DNA of 32,000 nucleotides, taken from contig NZ_CP019633.1 of assembly GCF_001997385.1 (NCBI RefSeq), positions 2,100,001 through 2,132,000 on the forward strand, read 5' to 3'. The position numbers and the translations under genes were made by a program. A model generated the notes under the pieces. That model was not told the DNA's origin, did not search any database, and saw only the letters and a program-made list of their open reading frames with translations. The number at the start of each line of letters is the position of its first letter. The first letter of the stretch is position 1. This stretch comes from Sedimentisphaera cyanobacteriorum. Lineage in GTDB: Bacteria; Planctomycetota; Phycisphaerae; Sedimentisphaerales; Sedimentisphaeraceae. Positions 30,585-32,000 of the stretch are shown here, one piece after another.

Positions 30585-31466
30585 ATGCTTTACAGTATGA
30601 CAGGTTACGGCGAGGCTTACCTTGAGAGCTGCGGGATGGCTTTTTCTGTACAGGTTCGTGCGGTGAACAACAAGTTTCTCAAAACCAGCCTGAAAATCCC
30701 TGAAATGCTTTGCTTTCTGGAAGAACGGATTGACAAACTGCTCAGGGAACAATTCACGAGAGGCTATATAACCCTCACGCTCTCAGTTAAATCCCTTGAA
30801 GAGAAGCCGCTGATAGACTTCAATCAGTCTGCACTGAACTACTATATAAAACAGCTGAGCAGCTTTTCAGATAAGAGCAGCATGCTTAGGATAAACGCCG
30901 CCAACCTTCTGCATCTTCCCGGCGTGATAGAGGCTTATGATATAGATGATGAGCAGAAAGCAAAGATTACGGATGCGGCTGTTGAGTTAGTAACAAACGC
31001 CTGCGACAAGCTCACCGCAATGCGAGGAGAAGAGGGAGAGGAGCTGAGGAAGGATCTTCTCAAAAACTGCGATGAGATTGAATCTTTCCTGGACGACATT
31101 GCCGGGAAGGTTTCGATTGTAGTTAAGGAATATTCAGAGAGGCTCCGAAAAAGAATTAATGAGCTCTTGAAAGATGGGAAGATAAGCGTTGAAGAGAACA
31201 CCCTGATCAGGGAAACAGCTGTTTTTGCAGACCGCTCAGATATCTCGGAAGAGGTTTCAAGGCTGAAATCGCACATAAAGCAGTTTCGTGATATCAGCGA
31301 GGATGGCAGGGGAGTCGGCAAGAGGCTGGATTTTCTTGCTCAGGAGATGTTTAGGGAAGCAAATACGATAGGCAGCAAGGCCTCGGATGCCGGGATATGC
31401 CAGCTTGTTGTAGATGTGAAAAGCCGGATAGACAGGATTAAAGAACAGGTTCAGAATGTCGAATAA
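30585..31466 (+). CDS. yicC: YicC family stress-induced protein (endoribonuclease YicC-like)
   Basis: The N-terminus MLYSMTGYGEA and the C-terminal DISEEVSRLKSH...GKRLDFLAQEMFREANTIGSKA (DUF1732 part) are present. It lies adjacent to gmk, as in many bacteria. Confidence 0.85.
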   Translation: MLYSMTGYGEAYLESCGMAFSVQVRAVNNKFLKTSLKIPEMLCFLEERIDKLLREQFTRGYITLTLSVKSLEEKPLIDFNQSALNYYIKQLSSFSDKSSMLRINAANLLHLPGVIEAYDIDDEQKAKITDAAVELVTNACDKLTAMRGEEGEELRKDLLKNCDEIESFLDDIAGKVSIVVKEYSERLRKRINELLKDGKISVEENTLIRETAVFADRSDISEEVSRLKSHIKQFRDISEDGRGVGKRLDFLAQEMFREANTIGSKASDAGICQLVVDVKSRIDRIKEQVQNVE

Positions 31467-32000
31467 TGGCAGACTTTTTGTAGTAAGCGGTCCGAGCGGT
31501 GTAGGCAAGGGCACTATTGTAAAAAGGCTCGATAAGTCTAACGCTGTATTAAGCGTTTCTGCCACTACAAGACAGCCCGGAAAGGGCGAGAAGAACGGGA
31601 TTGACTACTGGTTCATCACCCGCAGCGAGTTTGAAGAACGCATCGAAAAGGGACTTTTCCTTGAATATGCCGAGGTGTTCGGCAATCTTTACGGTACGCC
31701 CACAGACAAAACGCAGGAAGCTGTGGAAAGCGGGAAGGACGTGATTCTCGAGATAGACGTTCAGGGCGGGCTGCAGGTGAAAAATAAGTGGCAGGAGGCT
31801 GCGATGATATTTATAATGCCTCCTTCACGAGAAGAGCTGGAAAAGAGAATACGCAGCAGAGCAAGAGACAGCGAAGAGATTATAAGCAAAAGGCTTGAAG
31901 AGGCGGACAAAGAGATTGAAATCGGCAAAAGTCATTACGAGCATTTTGTAGTGAATGACGTGCTTGATAAAGCCGTAAGTAAAGTACAGACAATAATAAA
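31456..32000 (+). CDS. gmk: Guanylate kinase; the reading frame runs off the window end with no stop (3' end missing)
   Basis: My own translation from the ATG at 31456 reads MSNNGRLFVVSGPSGVGKGTIVKRL...SVSATTRQPGKGEKNGIDYWFI...EYAEVFGNLYGTP...LEIDVQG. It overlaps the yicC stop by 11 nt. It is absent from the ORF track because no stop occurs before 32000. Confidence 0.9.
   Translation, partial: MSNNGRLFVVSGPSGVGKGTIVKRLDKSNAVLSVSATTRQPGKGEKNGIDYWFITRSEFEERIEKGLFLEYAEVFGNLYGTPTDKTQEAVESGKDVILEIDVQGGLQVKNKWQEAAMIFIMPPSREELEKRIRSRARDSEEIISKRLEEADKEIEIGKSHYEHFVVNDVLDKAVSKVQTII

Overview
Annotation is from reading the sequence and ORF translations only; family names come from remembered motifs, not searches. 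The window has three parts.

(1) 1-3.3 kb is a degraded mobile-element patchwork. It holds a truncated serine recombinase, an HTH gene with an A7 slippery site feeding a -1 frame ORF, and a small DUF5372-like gene. It also holds the C-terminal stub of a DDE transposase. Two tRNA-Asp-like 3' fragments sharing a perfect 39-bp repeat bracket this region, and an intact tRNA-Asn lies next to it.

(2) 3.5-24.5 kb mixes housekeeping genes with secreted glycan-degrading proteins. The housekeeping genes are a long sigma-70 factor, ApbE, an FtsI-like PBP, pdxB and rplM-rpsI. The glycan set comprises a clan GH-A hydrolase, GH38, GH2 and galM, plus three neighbouring proteins with dockerin-like modules.

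The most interesting locus is a decayed diversity-generating retroelement (DGR). A dockerin/PASTA/FGE-type (C-lectin fold) protein has a VR-like NNC-codon 3' end, followed by a 32-codon stub of an Avd gene. The stub is cut off by a ~103-bp repeat that also sits upstream of the target gene. I found no template repeat or reverse transcriptase in the window.

(3) 24.9-32 kb holds a DUF2294/MpsC-like gene and a 626-aa uncharacterised P-loop protein (DUF4914-like). The P-loop gene sits behind a leader with a short SD-preceded ORF and mutually exclusive hairpins ending in a T9 terminator. Then come pheA, tpiA, secG, yicC and gmk (3' end outside the window). tpiA carries an odd in-frame 66-bp insertion made of a perfect 36-bp duplication plus 30 unique bp.

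Several intergenic repeat families occur, including two perfect DnaA-box 9-mers. The gene content suggests a PVC-group, Phycisphaerae-like organism, but that is only a guess.
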